Positions 27,785 to 37,177 of a stretch of 64,000 bases of DNA are shown one piece after another; within the stretch, counting starts at the first letter, position 1, and each line of letters starts with the position of its first letter. A program made the position numbers and the translations under genes. The notes below the pieces were generated by a model. That model was not told where the DNA came from and ran no database searches. It saw only the letters and a list, made by a program, of their open reading frames with translations. The DNA is taken from the IMG/VR virus record IMGVR_UViG_3300037991_002562, positions 32,001-96,000 of that record. One strand, written 5' to 3'. The stretch is from a virus (Duplodnaviria; Caudoviricetes).

Positions 27785-28732
27785 ATGGATCATATTTTCG
27801 TAGCAGACATTCACATAAAGTTAGGACAAAAGAATGTACCTAGTGAATGGCAGCGCAATCGAGTAATGCTACTAGCAAAAGAGTTAAATGAATACAAAGA
27901 TAAAACATTGGTAATTGGTGGAGACTTGCTTGATGTAGCTAAGCCTACTATGCCAGAAGTGTGTTTGATGTATGACTTCCTTAGAGCGCTAGAGCACGAA
28001 GAAATAATTTTAATACCTGGAAACCATGAAATGCTTACTAAGAAAAAGGATTGCTTTGAAGTTTGCGACCAAATATTTAAAGACCTTAATATAACATTAG
28101 TTAGAGATTTCCAGACGATAAACAATGTAGACTACATCCCGTATAACATACTATTATCAGATAGTTGGAGCACTCCAAAGTCTACACTAGCAGTAACCCA
28201 CGTACGCGGGGAAATCCCACCACACGTTAAACCAGAAGTAGAGCTTTCCAAGTTCTCCCACTATGAAAAAGTATTCTGCGGAGATTTACACTCTCGTAAA
28301 AACTCCCAGTTAAATCTTATATATCCAGGTAGCCCATACACTACTAGCTTTCATAGAAGTGTATCAAAGGGAGCAAATGGTATTGTATTATTTGATTCTA
28401 ATACCGGAGAGCATGAGTGGAAAGAGCTAAACCTACCACAACTATTAAGACTTACTATTACCGACCCTGAAGAAGCAATACCTGGCGAGTATCACCACAC
28501 TCTTTATGAGATTGAGGGTAACTTAGCCGACCTATCTAAAGTTAAGAATAACGAACTATTAGATAAGAAAGTAGCAAAAGATATTGTAACTCCTCCAACT
28601 CTAGAGCTAACAGGTGACATATCCGACGAGCTTCAAACATATCTTAAAGGAGTTAAGGATATTAAGGGAGAAGGTATGTCAAGACTTCTTACTATATTTA
28701 AAGAAGCACTACAAGGAGTAGACGACGTATGA
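27785..28732 (+). CDS. D12: SbcD/Mre11-like nuclease
   Basis: ADIH, GGDLLD, PGNHE, GDLH, YPGSP; AAGGA RBS before 27785. Confidence 0.9.
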   Translation: MDHIFVADIHIKLGQKNVPSEWQRNRVMLLAKELNEYKDKTLVIGGDLLDVAKPTMPEVCLMYDFLRALEHEEIILIPGNHEMLTKKKDCFEVCDQIFKDLNITLVRDFQTINNVDYIPYNILLSDSWSTPKSTLAVTHVRGEIPPHVKPEVELSKFSHYEKVFCGDLHSRKNSQLNLIYPGSPYTTSFHRSVSKGANGIVLFDSNTGEHEWKELNLPQLLRLTITDPEEAIPGEYHHTLYEIEGNLADLSKVKNNELLDKKVAKDIVTPPTLELTGDISDELQTYLKGVKDIKGEGMSRLLTIFKEALQGVDDV

Positions 28733-30567
28733 TTACGATAAAAAAGCTAAAATTTAGCAATATGTTCTCCTATGGTGAGAATAATGAGATTATCCTAAAC
28801 AACTCTAACGTGCTTCAACTTGTAGGTAAGAACGGTGCAGGTAAAAGTTCAATACCGACAATACTTGAAGAGCTTCTGTATAATAAAAACTCTAGAGGCA
28901 CTAAAAAGGCAGATATAAAAAACCGATACACGGACGCTAACTATTACTCAGGTACAGTTGAGTTTGACGTAGACGGTGACGAATATATACTAGAGAAAGT
29001 AGTAAAGAGCAGCACAAAACTTACGCTAACTAAAAACGGGGAAGATATATCAGGACACACCCCTACTCAGACTTACAAAAAGTTAGAAACGGAAATTCTA
29101 AAACTAGATTTCAACACATTTAGTAAGTTAGTGTACCAGTCAATGAACAGCTCTTTGGACTTCTTGAAAGCTACCGACTCTAAGAGAAAAGAGTTCTTAA
29201 TATCACTTCTATCCTTAGACAAATACGTTACTATTCACAATAGAATTAAAGAAGTTGTGAAAGAGGCTAAAGACGTATTAACAGGACATAAGGCCGTCGC
29301 TGCGGCCAAAGAATCCGAAATAAAGTCTAACAGAGCTATTGAGGTTACGTATAATGCAAAAGAAGTACCTGTAGTAGACGAAACTATTAGAGACGAGATT
29401 GCGAATCTTAAAGCTATAGAGTCTCAGCGTGAAAAGATTCAGGAAAGAACTATTAGATACGCTAGGGCTTTTAAAGCAAAAGAAGCTGCTAAGCTGGCGT
29501 GGGAAGTTTTTGAACTCCCAAAAGATAAACCTGAAGCTCCCGATACTGAGCACTTAAAAAATCTATACAAAGAAGCTCAAAATGTACAAGGACAAATTAA
29601 CTCTTTAAGAAAGAGTATTAGGGAGCTAGAGTCCGGAGTAGGAAAATGTTCCGCATGTGGACAAGAATTGCCGGACAGCGAAAGTAAACAAGAACATTTA
29701 CTATGCCTTAAAAAGGAGCTGAATGAGCTCGTAGAGTACCAACAAGGTAAGCAAAGAGAGCATGAAGAAGGTAATCGCAAAGCTAGTGAATATTCCAAGC
29801 ATCAATTACTTGTAGAGAAGCAAGCAGACCTTAAAACAGCCTTTGAAAACGCACAAGAAGCACTAGAAAATACTGAAAAGCCGGATGCTTTACCTGACTC
29901 TGTTGAGGACGAAATAACTAGACTTACTGCTGAATACAATAGACAAACTGTTGCTAAGCAACAAGCTGAACAGCACAACACTCTGCGCGCTAAGCAAATT
30001 GCTAAATACGAAGCGCAGAAAGAGTTAGTAGCTCAAGCTAAAGAGAAACTAAAATCTACTCAAGAGTCTATACGAGAATACGAAGCTTATTTAGAAGATG
30101 TGAAGATACTAGAGAGTGCGTTCGGGCCGAAAGGTCTTGTACAGTATAAGATAGAATCTAACATCAAAGTATTTGAAGCACTAATTAACGAATACTTAGT
30201 TCTATTAAGTAATGGTGACTTCAACATTAGATTCCAGATTGAGGATTCTAAACTTCGTATAGTAGTGTTCCAACACGGTGAAGAAATCGATATAAACTCA
30301 GCATCTAGTGGTGAGTTCAACAATATTAACACAGCTACCTTACTAGCGGTAAGGAAGATGATGACTTCAATCTCTAAAGTAAGTATTAATATACTATTCT
30401 TAGATGAAGTTATTTCTGTACTAGACGTAGAGTCTAGAGAGAATTTGATAGATATTTTAGTTAAAGAGCAGAACCTTAACTCAGTAGTGGTTAGTCATGG
30501 GTTTGAGCATCCTTTAGCAGACACGGTATCTATAGTTAAAGAAGGAAAAACTTCAAAATGCAAATAA
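28729..30567 (+). CDS. D13: SbcC/Rad50-like ATPase
   Basis: GKNGAGKSS, CSACG zinc hook, SSGE signature, LFLDE, SH. Confidence 0.92.
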   Translation: MITIKKLKFSNMFSYGENNEIILNNSNVLQLVGKNGAGKSSIPTILEELLYNKNSRGTKKADIKNRYTDANYYSGTVEFDVDGDEYILEKVVKSSTKLTLTKNGEDISGHTPTQTYKKLETEILKLDFNTFSKLVYQSMNSSLDFLKATDSKRKEFLISLLSLDKYVTIHNRIKEVVKEAKDVLTGHKAVAAAKESEIKSNRAIEVTYNAKEVPVVDETIRDEIANLKAIESQREKIQERTIRYARAFKAKEAAKLAWEVFELPKDKPEAPDTEHLKNLYKEAQNVQGQINSLRKSIRELESGVGKCSACGQELPDSESKQEHLLCLKKELNELVEYQQGKQREHEEGNRKASEYSKHQLLVEKQADLKTAFENAQEALENTEKPDALPDSVEDEITRLTAEYNRQTVAKQQAEQHNTLRAKQIAKYEAQKELVAQAKEKLKSTQESIREYEAYLEDVKILESAFGPKGLVQYKIESNIKVFEALINEYLVLLSNGDFNIRFQIEDSKLRIVVFQHGEEIDINSASSGEFNNINTATLLAVRKMMTSISKVSINILFLDEVISVLDVESRENLIDILVKEQNLNSVVVSHGFEHPLADTVSIVKEGKTSKCK

Positions 30568-30827
30568 AGAAAACACTATCCACAGATGGACTACGTAGAC
30601 TAAGCAGTAAAATAGATGAGTTAATAATAAGCGGAGCTTATAAACATGCTCAGGTAGTTTATGTAGAACCTTTCGATGACCACTATATGCAAATGCTACA
30701 AACTAAGCACTATGAGTTGCCGGAAAAAGAGCAAGAAGAGAAACTTAGAGAGTTGTTACACGCTAAAGAGCAAATTCAAAACGCTCTTATCGATAGGTTA
30801 GCAGAGGAAATAAAGAGTGGGAAGTAA
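30558..30827 (+). CDS. Hypothetical protein
   Basis: Overlapping ORF with AAGGA RBS. Confidence 0.6.
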   Translation: MQIKKTLSTDGLRRLSSKIDELIISGAYKHAQVVYVEPFDDHYMQMLQTKHYELPEKEQEEKLRELLHAKEQIQNALIDRLAEEIKSGK

Positions 30828-31266
30828 ACAGTCAGCAAAAGGTTCTCGATTCGAGTACAAGATAAGAGATATGCTTACTGAGAAAACTGGCGTTAAGTGG
30901 GACAGAGTTCCACTTAGCGGAGCAGGTACAATGAAAGGTGATTTATACTGCCTGACTAACCACTATTACTATTGCTTTGAATGCAAGTCTTTTAAAGACA
31001 CAGTAATTCAAGAGAACCTACTATCAGCTAAATCAAATAACATATTCTCTTGGTGGGAACAAACGCTTAGAGAAGCAAAAGAAATGAATAGAAAGCCTGC
31101 TCTAGTATTTAAGAAAGACAGGGGCAAACCTATTATAGCAGTCGAAGAAGACATTGAAGGAATTAATAAATTCTCCATTACCGCTTTTGGCATGGAGGGA
31201 GTTAACCTTTATCTGTTCACCGACTGGCTAGCAGTTAAAAAAGTAGAGGAAATAATACTAGTATGA
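30817..31266 (+). CDS. D14: D14-like Holliday junction resolvase (PD-(D/E)XK)
   Basis: KG.RFE, RVPLSGA, GD, ECK, WWEQ..RE. Confidence 0.85.
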   Translation: MGSKQSAKGSRFEYKIRDMLTEKTGVKWDRVPLSGAGTMKGDLYCLTNHYYYCFECKSFKDTVIQENLLSAKSNNIFSWWEQTLREAKEMNRKPALVFKKDRGKPIIAVEEDIEGINKFSITAFGMEGVNLYLFTDWLAVKKVEEIILV

Positions 31267-32150
31267 AGGGAATTTTCGAATTAGAAGACGAAGGACTAGA
31301 CACTAGAGACTTTGATGGGCAAAATAACTTGCTCCTAGTTGACGGTCTTAACCTAGGATTTAGATATAAACAACAAAGCTTATTTGACCACGCTGCTCCT
31401 TATATGAATACTGTTAACTCCTTAGCTAAATCCTACGGTTGCAATCATGTAATCGTAGGATCAGACTACGGAAAATCTACTTTCAGAAAGGAAGTAAGCG
31501 AAGGCGAGTACAAAGCAAATCGTGAAATAATGCGAAAAGAACAGACTGAAGAAGAAGCCGAGAAATTTAAGAAGTTCTTGGAGGGCTTTGAAAAAGCCCT
31601 TGCTTTAGTCGGTACTATGCATCACACAATAAAACTTCGCAATGTGGAAATGGACGACATTGCTGCTTACATTGTTAAAAAGTACGGACACTTATTTGAC
31701 AACATTTGGTTAATCTCTTCAGATAAAGACTGGGATTTACTATTAAAGCCAAACGTACATAGGTTCTCCTACGTTACTAGAAAAGAGTACACTGTAGATA
31801 ACTTTGCAGAATCCCATGAAGGTTGTGAAAATCCTGAGGACTACGTGTCTATGAAAGTGTTTTCTGGAGACCCCGGAGACAATGTTGCAGGGTTCCCAGG
31901 CGTAGGCGCAAAACGAGCTTACAATCTAATACGTGAGCATGGCTCAGCATTAGACGTATACGACGCGTTACCTCTAGCAGGTAAACAAAAATATATACAG
32001 TCAATTAATAACGACCCTGAGAAAATTCTTAGGAACTACGAATTAATGGACTTGCTTAGCTACTGCGAAGAAGCTATAAACCACCCAGACAATAACAATA
32101 CAAAATTAATTGACGATATTATGCAGGAGATAATTAATGAGCTTGATTAA
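31263..32150 (+). CDS. D15: Flap endonuclease / 5'-3' exonuclease
   Basis: LVDG.NL.FR, YKANR, EMDD, SSDKDW, GD.GDNV.G.PGVG.KRA. Confidence 0.92.
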   Translation: MKGIFELEDEGLDTRDFDGQNNLLLVDGLNLGFRYKQQSLFDHAAPYMNTVNSLAKSYGCNHVIVGSDYGKSTFRKEVSEGEYKANREIMRKEQTEEEAEKFKKFLEGFEKALALVGTMHHTIKLRNVEMDDIAAYIVKKYGHLFDNIWLISSDKDWDLLLKPNVHRFSYVTRKEYTVDNFAESHEGCENPEDYVSMKVFSGDPGDNVAGFPGVGAKRAYNLIREHGSALDVYDALPLAGKQKYIQSINNDPEKILRNYELMDLLSYCEEAINHPDNNNTKLIDDIMQEIINELD

Positions 32151-32571
32151 AGTTAAATACGAAGAAATGCAGGAAGCTAAACTGCGTAAGGCTACCGATG
32201 GATCTGCAGGCTACGACATAGCTGCTAACGACACAGTGGTTATACCTAGAGGCTGCAAGTCGAAAGTAACTACGGGAGTAGCTTTAGAAGTACCTGAAGA
32301 TATGTATGCAGAGCTAGTTCCTAGGTCTAGCTCTGGTAATAAAGGATACCGATTAGCTAATACTATGGGTATTATCGACTCAGACTTTAGAGGCTACATC
32401 GATATGTACATAGAGAATACAGGGTCTGCGGAGCTAATCATATACCCCGGTGACTATCTATGTCAGCTTATATTTAAGAAGAAAGAAAAAGTAACCTTTA
32501 AAGAGGTTAAAGAACTAAACGAAACTGCGCGCGGCGACGGCGGTTTTGGAAGTACAGACGAACTAGTATAA
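32137..32571 (+). CDS. dut: Trimeric dUTPase
   Basis: SAGYD, PRSS, GIIDSDFRG, RGDGGFGST. Confidence 0.95.
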   Translation: MSLIKVKYEEMQEAKLRKATDGSAGYDIAANDTVVIPRGCKSKVTTGVALEVPEDMYAELVPRSSSGNKGYRLANTMGIIDSDFRGYIDMYIENTGSAELIIYPGDYLCQLIFKKKEKVTFKEVKELNETARGDGGFGSTDELV

Positions 32572-32581
32572 GGAAAAACTA

Positions 32582-32773
32582 ATGAACGATGAAACTCAAT
32601 TAACGCTTTTAAAAGCAAAAATTTATGATGCTAACGAAGCACTTGACAATATGAATAGAATCCTTTCAGAGGTAGTAAAAGTATCGGGACTAGATACAGA
32701 GAAAGATATAACAGCAGAAGATATTATAGATAGAGTTAAATATCTAGCTTCTTTAGAAGACTATAAAGAATAA
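32582..32773 (+). CDS. T4 gp57A-like tail-fibre assembly chaperone
   Basis: LKAKIYD...L.EV....G......EDII..VK.L matches the recalled gp57A pattern. Confidence 0.65.
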   Translation: MNDETQLTLLKAKIYDANEALDNMNRILSEVVKVSGLDTEKDITAEDIIDRVKYLASLEDYKE

Positions 32774-32776
32774 AAT

Positions 32777-32810
32777 AAAACCCCTTAGGCCGAAACCTAA
32801 GGGGTTTTTT
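32777..32810. terminator. Bidirectional terminator between the early and late arms
   Basis: AAAACCCCTTAGG/CCTAAGGGGTTTT at the point where the two arms converge. Confidence 0.9.
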
Positions 32811-32814
32811 GCTA

Positions 32815-34098
32815 TTACGGGCCGTACCACCTTAAAGTTCCGGTAGCCGTGCTTTCTACAATAGTTGAGTTATCTTGCCTAAACCTTACTTCAATAGTAA
32901 CACCAATGGTATAAAAACCTTCAGTGTTTTGTTTAGGTCTAGTTTTAAAACCTACGTAGTGAAACTGAGCAGGTATATCTTGCCATGTATTAATTTGAGA
33001 TCCGTTTATCAAAACTACATCAACACCTTCCCCTCTACCTTCCTGATTTAGAATTTGCCAATTAAATCTTACTTGACAATTATCCCGTATAAGACCATAA
33101 CCTAAAGTGTAGTCTACAGACTCTTCCCACCCTATTTCTATTTCAGCGGGGGTGGAACCAGTGTCTGTCCTAGATACAGCAGATTTATCATTAGGGTATT
33201 TATCAAAGTATAGGGATGTACCTGTGCCTGGAAAATCACTTAAACGTATTGGAGGACTTGTTGGTACTCCGTTATTTTGCGTAATATTAGGTAGGAAGTC
33301 ACCACCTCTTAAATAGTCGGTTAACTTAGCAGGTTCATAATCTGTACTAGCGTACTGTCTACGTCTTCCGAAGAACCCGAATACTTCCGAGAACTTTATA
33401 GGTAGTCCTGTTATACCTGAAGGTATAAATTGAACGCTGTTACTACTACCTGTTGTAACGGACACATCATCATAAACTGTCCCTATAGTTAGCCTATTTG
33501 TAACTGTCTGACTGAAGGCTTGAGGAGTATTACACTTTAACTCCACCAAATCCCCAGAATTCACTGTAGTACTAGAAGTACGCCAACTACCTCCGTTAAC
33601 CCTAAACTTAAAGTACGTACTATTATTAATACTACAAGTTACAGGTACGTTAATACCACGAACAGTAACCGAGCCAATGTATACCTCTATACCCGGTGCT
33701 TTGCTTGTCTGATTACCCATATTCCAAGAATCAGGAGTATTATCGTTAGGGTTTAATACTCGTATGTTTACGGTGAAATTTCTGGTCTTACCGTTAGCAG
33801 AAAAAGTACAAACAACCCCATCAGTTACATAACTAGCATTACTTTTTATTACTTTAGAGGCTGTTTGGTTAACTTCGTATAAGTAAGCAACGGTAGTATT
33901 AGTCCACACCGAAGAGTCTAAACTACCTATACCTATATTATAGTTAGAGGGGCTGCCTGATTTACTACTCCACCTAAATACTATAGTGTCCCCTCTATTA
34001 ACTTCTATAGGATCACCAGGGCCAGTTATATTTATAGTATGGCCTAGCTCTGGTTCGTAGAAGTGAGTAGTAGCTAAATTAACAGTTATAGTCGCCAT
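32815..34098 (-). CDS. Putative tail-fibre-associated adhesin / virion protein
   Basis: Directly after the fibre; beta-rich; internal PIKFSEVF...PAKLTDY...PIRLSDF repeats. Confidence 0.6.
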   Translation of the reverse strand: MATITVNLATTHFYEPELGHTINITGPGDPIEVNRGDTIVFRWSSKSGSPSNYNIGIGSLDSSVWTNTTVAYLYEVNQTASKVIKSNASYVTDGVVCTFSANGKTRNFTVNIRVLNPNDNTPDSWNMGNQTSKAPGIEVYIGSVTVRGINVPVTCSINNSTYFKFRVNGGSWRTSSTTVNSGDLVELKCNTPQAFSQTVTNRLTIGTVYDDVSVTTGSSNSVQFIPSGITGLPIKFSEVFGFFGRRRQYASTDYEPAKLTDYLRGGDFLPNITQNNGVPTSPPIRLSDFPGTGTSLYFDKYPNDKSAVSRTDTGSTPAEIEIGWEESVDYTLGYGLIRDNCQVRFNWQILNQEGRGEGVDVVLINGSQINTWQDIPAQFHYVGFKTRPKQNTEGFYTIGVTIEVRFRQDNSTIVESTATGTLRWYGP

Positions 34099-37000
34099 TT
34101 TCTTTTAACTCCTTAACTTCTCTGGCCAGGTCGTTAACTGCGTTAACTAGAAGGGCCAGGACTGCCATAGGGGATACGTTTAACATCCCTTCGTCATCTT
34201 GTCCTACTGCTTCTGGAAGCACTTCTTGTACGTCCTGAGCAACAATACCTGCCTTTTTCTGCTTTAGATTAATCTGGTCATACGTATATCCAGTTAGCTT
34301 AGCTACCTTATTTAACGAGCTATCTATCTTCTCTAGGTTTTCCTTGACCCTAATATCAGAAGTAGCAACCCAGTCATCTGCCCAGCCCTCGCCACGCACA
34401 ATAAACTTAGTATCAGACTCAGTACCAGATAATTCAAACGCATCCCCAGAAGGTACCCCAAAAGCGTTGTCGGAATGCTTGTAGATTAAGAAGCCTCTTT
34501 GAGCGTATCCATTAGAAGCGTTATCAGAAAAAGTAATTTTAGCACCGGCCCCGTTGGTAGGCGTTCTAATTACTAAACCATTATTATGATTAATTAAAAT
34601 TTCACTGTTAGCAACAAGCTGAGTACTGTTAATTCTTAAAGGTTCTCTATACGTACCGGAGCTTCCTGCATCATACATTCTAAACGCAAAAGGCTCCCCA
34701 TAGTCGTCATTTGTCCAGAACTCCATAGCTCCGTCATTACCGTTGGTACCGATGTATCTAATACCCCCTTGGTCATTATAACCTGCTGGATTGAAATAAA
34801 TACCTTTGTTAATTCCAGTAACTTCTATACCGTTAACTATATCTAGACGGTTGCTCAGGCTCATATAACTTCCGTAGAAGTTATTAGAGTATGTACTATT
34901 GAACCTCCAACTAGAAGTACCTAAACTACTAGAACCTCCAGACTGGTAAGGTATTATTCCATTAGACGTGGTACGAATCCAAGTTGAATCGCTACCTTCG
35001 GAAGTACCCATCCCAGCATATCCATTTTTGAAAACCTCCCTAAATCTAGGCTCTCTGCTAGTGTACACCTCATACCAACTAGACCAGTTATCTCCAGTGT
35101 CTCTAAGCGCTCTAGTATATAGCCTGCCCCAGCCCCCACTAGTCCATCCTCCCCACAGCTCGATTGATCCGCCTGTACCGCTCCCCCACACTATAGACTC
35201 GCCATAGTTTGAAGAGTGAGGTGGATTGTCAGTAGCTGCTCTAGTACCGTAGTGAAATAGTCCGTCTCTAAGGGTGTTTCTACTGCTCGGAACAGTAGCA
35301 GTACCTATACTTCTAACTAGACTAGCCTCGTCCGAATACTTAGTCTTGGAATCAAAAGTGTAAGTGCCTGCGTTAGAGTGAGACCTCATACCGTGTAAGT
35401 ATCCATCACTATCCACAGTTAAATGTATAGACCTAGAACTGGATGTTTGAGCACTTAGTATAGCTGTGTATGTTGGGTTTAGAGTAGTACCTTGAGCAGT
35501 AACTGAGCTTACATAAATACCGGAATCTTGAGCCCCCGGGCCAGTACCATTAATATCAAAACTACCTACAAAGTTTACTTCTGAGTATGGGTGAGTATGT
35601 GCTGCAGGGGTAAATGTTGTGGGCTTACCTGTTACCTCATTCCAGGTAGGCTTGTGCTGTTCGCTATAGACTTTGTACCAACCTGTCCAAGAATCACCAC
35701 CACTACTTCCCTGACTAGTCCTAAACTGTAACTGAGCATCAGTACCATTAGAAAGTTCTATAGCCAACTGAGAACCGAACCCATTATTGTCTCCGTGTTT
35801 GAAATTAAGAACATGCCACCAAGAACTTTCTTCAACCCCTGAGTTATCAGCGTTACCTAGACCTTGGGAGGTTGTGTAAAACCCAGGCTCTAGGGTAGAG
35901 CTGTCGTGTAGTGTGGTTCTAGATGCTCCATAGACTACAGCAGGTAGTCTAGGTTTATCCTGTATATCAGACCATCGAATATCCATAGCATCTCTAACGT
36001 CATTAGGGGTATATACGTACGATTGTTGGCTATTTCCTGAAGAGCCCCATATATGTGTAGGTGCGCTAGACCCCCATGACCAGTTAAATGATATATTCTT
36101 AACCAGACCTAACCCAACATCTGAGGCCGTTGGTTTATTACCCTCATGATAGACCCCATTATTACCAATAGTTAATCCAGCAAAATTAGGGCTAGAGTTA
36201 GTATTTAAGTTCTGGTTAGCGAAGTTTACCATAGAATAGGTTATAGTTGGCAACCTTGCGGAATTTAAAGTACCTGAGGTTATGTTAGCAGCACTGTGGT
36301 TATGGCTCGCGGCAGCAGCTCCTAATTCTCCTAAGGTAGGCTTAAGACCTTCATGGTATACGTTGTTGCCTCTATAGGTAAATGTAGATTCGGACAGAAA
36401 CATTACTTGGTTAAGTGCTACTGACTGACCGGCAGTAACCCCACTCTTTACTTCAAAGCTAAAACTAGCGTTAGTGTTGGAGTCTTTATTAAACTCTATA
36501 CGTCCAGAGTTACCACTTATATCTGGTACTCCGGATACATGGTTAAAGGTAAGGTTAGCATTTCCTTGACCGTCATTTGTAGTAAGAGCAGGTCCTCCGT
36601 TACCTAATCCACCTACCACTTGCCCGCTGACGTATAAATTACTAAATGTAGGACTAGAGTTAGTATTAACACCTTGGTTAGCAAAGTTAACATGCGAGGT
36701 TGAAAGTTGACCATTTGCAGAAACTAACTTACTCCAGGTAGGTACTTTAGGAGTAAAGATCACAGAAGTACCACTTACTGCAATAGTTAGTAGGTCAATG
36801 TCCTGTGAGAATAAAGACCTAAACTGCAAATCACCGCTTGAGTTGGCGTGGAACACGCCTGCTCCTGTGCCAACGTTAGAGGCGGAGTTTACTAGGCCAC
36901 CTCCTCCACCGCTTCCTCCGCCTCCATCATACCCAGAGAACATAGCATCAATTTCTGCCTTTGTATATAGAGAGGCAGCAGGGTACGTTTGGGACTTTGT

Positions 37001-37177
37001 ATAAGCGTCAGCTTTTAATATATACCTACCATCATGGTTATGGGTATTAGCAGAATACCTACCATCTAGGATTCCGAAGAATCCTGAGATGTTAGAGTTA
37101 ATCCAGCTACCGTTAGAGTATATAAGTATATCTTGGTTCTGCGCACTAGTTATTGTAAAGTTATTAAGAGTAGCCAT
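34079..37177 (-). CDS. Long (side) tail fibre with C-terminal intramolecular chaperone (peptidase S74)
   Basis: SD.R.KEN...GY.Y...GIVAQDV..VLPEAV; VYHEG.KPT repeats; HxH motifs; pb1 position. Confidence 0.88.
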   Translation of the reverse strand: MATLNNFTITSAQNQDILIYSNGSWINSNISGFFGILDGRYSANTHNHDGRYILKADAYTKSQTYPAASLYTKAEIDAMFSGYDGGGGSGGGGGLVNSASNVGTGAGVFHANSSGDLQFRSLFSQDIDLLTIAVSGTSVIFTPKVPTWSKLVSANGQLSTSHVNFANQGVNTNSSPTFSNLYVSGQVVGGLGNGGPALTTNDGQGNANLTFNHVSGVPDISGNSGRIEFNKDSNTNASFSFEVKSGVTAGQSVALNQVMFLSESTFTYRGNNVYHEGLKPTLGELGAAAASHNHSAANITSGTLNSARLPTITYSMVNFANQNLNTNSSPNFAGLTIGNNGVYHEGNKPTASDVGLGLVKNISFNWSWGSSAPTHIWGSSGNSQQSYVYTPNDVRDAMDIRWSDIQDKPRLPAVVYGASRTTLHDSSTLEPGFYTTSQGLGNADNSGVEESSWWHVLNFKHGDNNGFGSQLAIELSNGTDAQLQFRTSQGSSGGDSWTGWYKVYSEQHKPTWNEVTGKPTTFTPAAHTHPYSEVNFVGSFDINGTGPGAQDSGIYVSSVTAQGTTLNPTYTAILSAQTSSSRSIHLTVDSDGYLHGMRSHSNAGTYTFDSKTKYSDEASLVRSIGTATVPSSRNTLRDGLFHYGTRAATDNPPHSSNYGESIVWGSGTGGSIELWGGWTSGGWGRLYTRALRDTGDNWSSWYEVYTSREPRFREVFKNGYAGMGTSEGSDSTWIRTTSNGIIPYQSGGSSSLGTSSWRFNSTYSNNFYGSYMSLSNRLDIVNGIEVTGINKGIYFNPAGYNDQGGIRYIGTNGNDGAMEFWTNDDYGEPFAFRMYDAGSSGTYREPLRINSTQLVANSEILINHNNGLVIRTPTNGAGAKITFSDNASNGYAQRGFLIYKHSDNAFGVPSGDAFELSGTESDTKFIVRGEGWADDWVATSDIRVKENLEKIDSSLNKVAKLTGYTYDQINLKQKKAGIVAQDVQEVLPEAVGQDDEGMLNVSPMAVLALLVNAVNDLAREVKELKENGDYNC

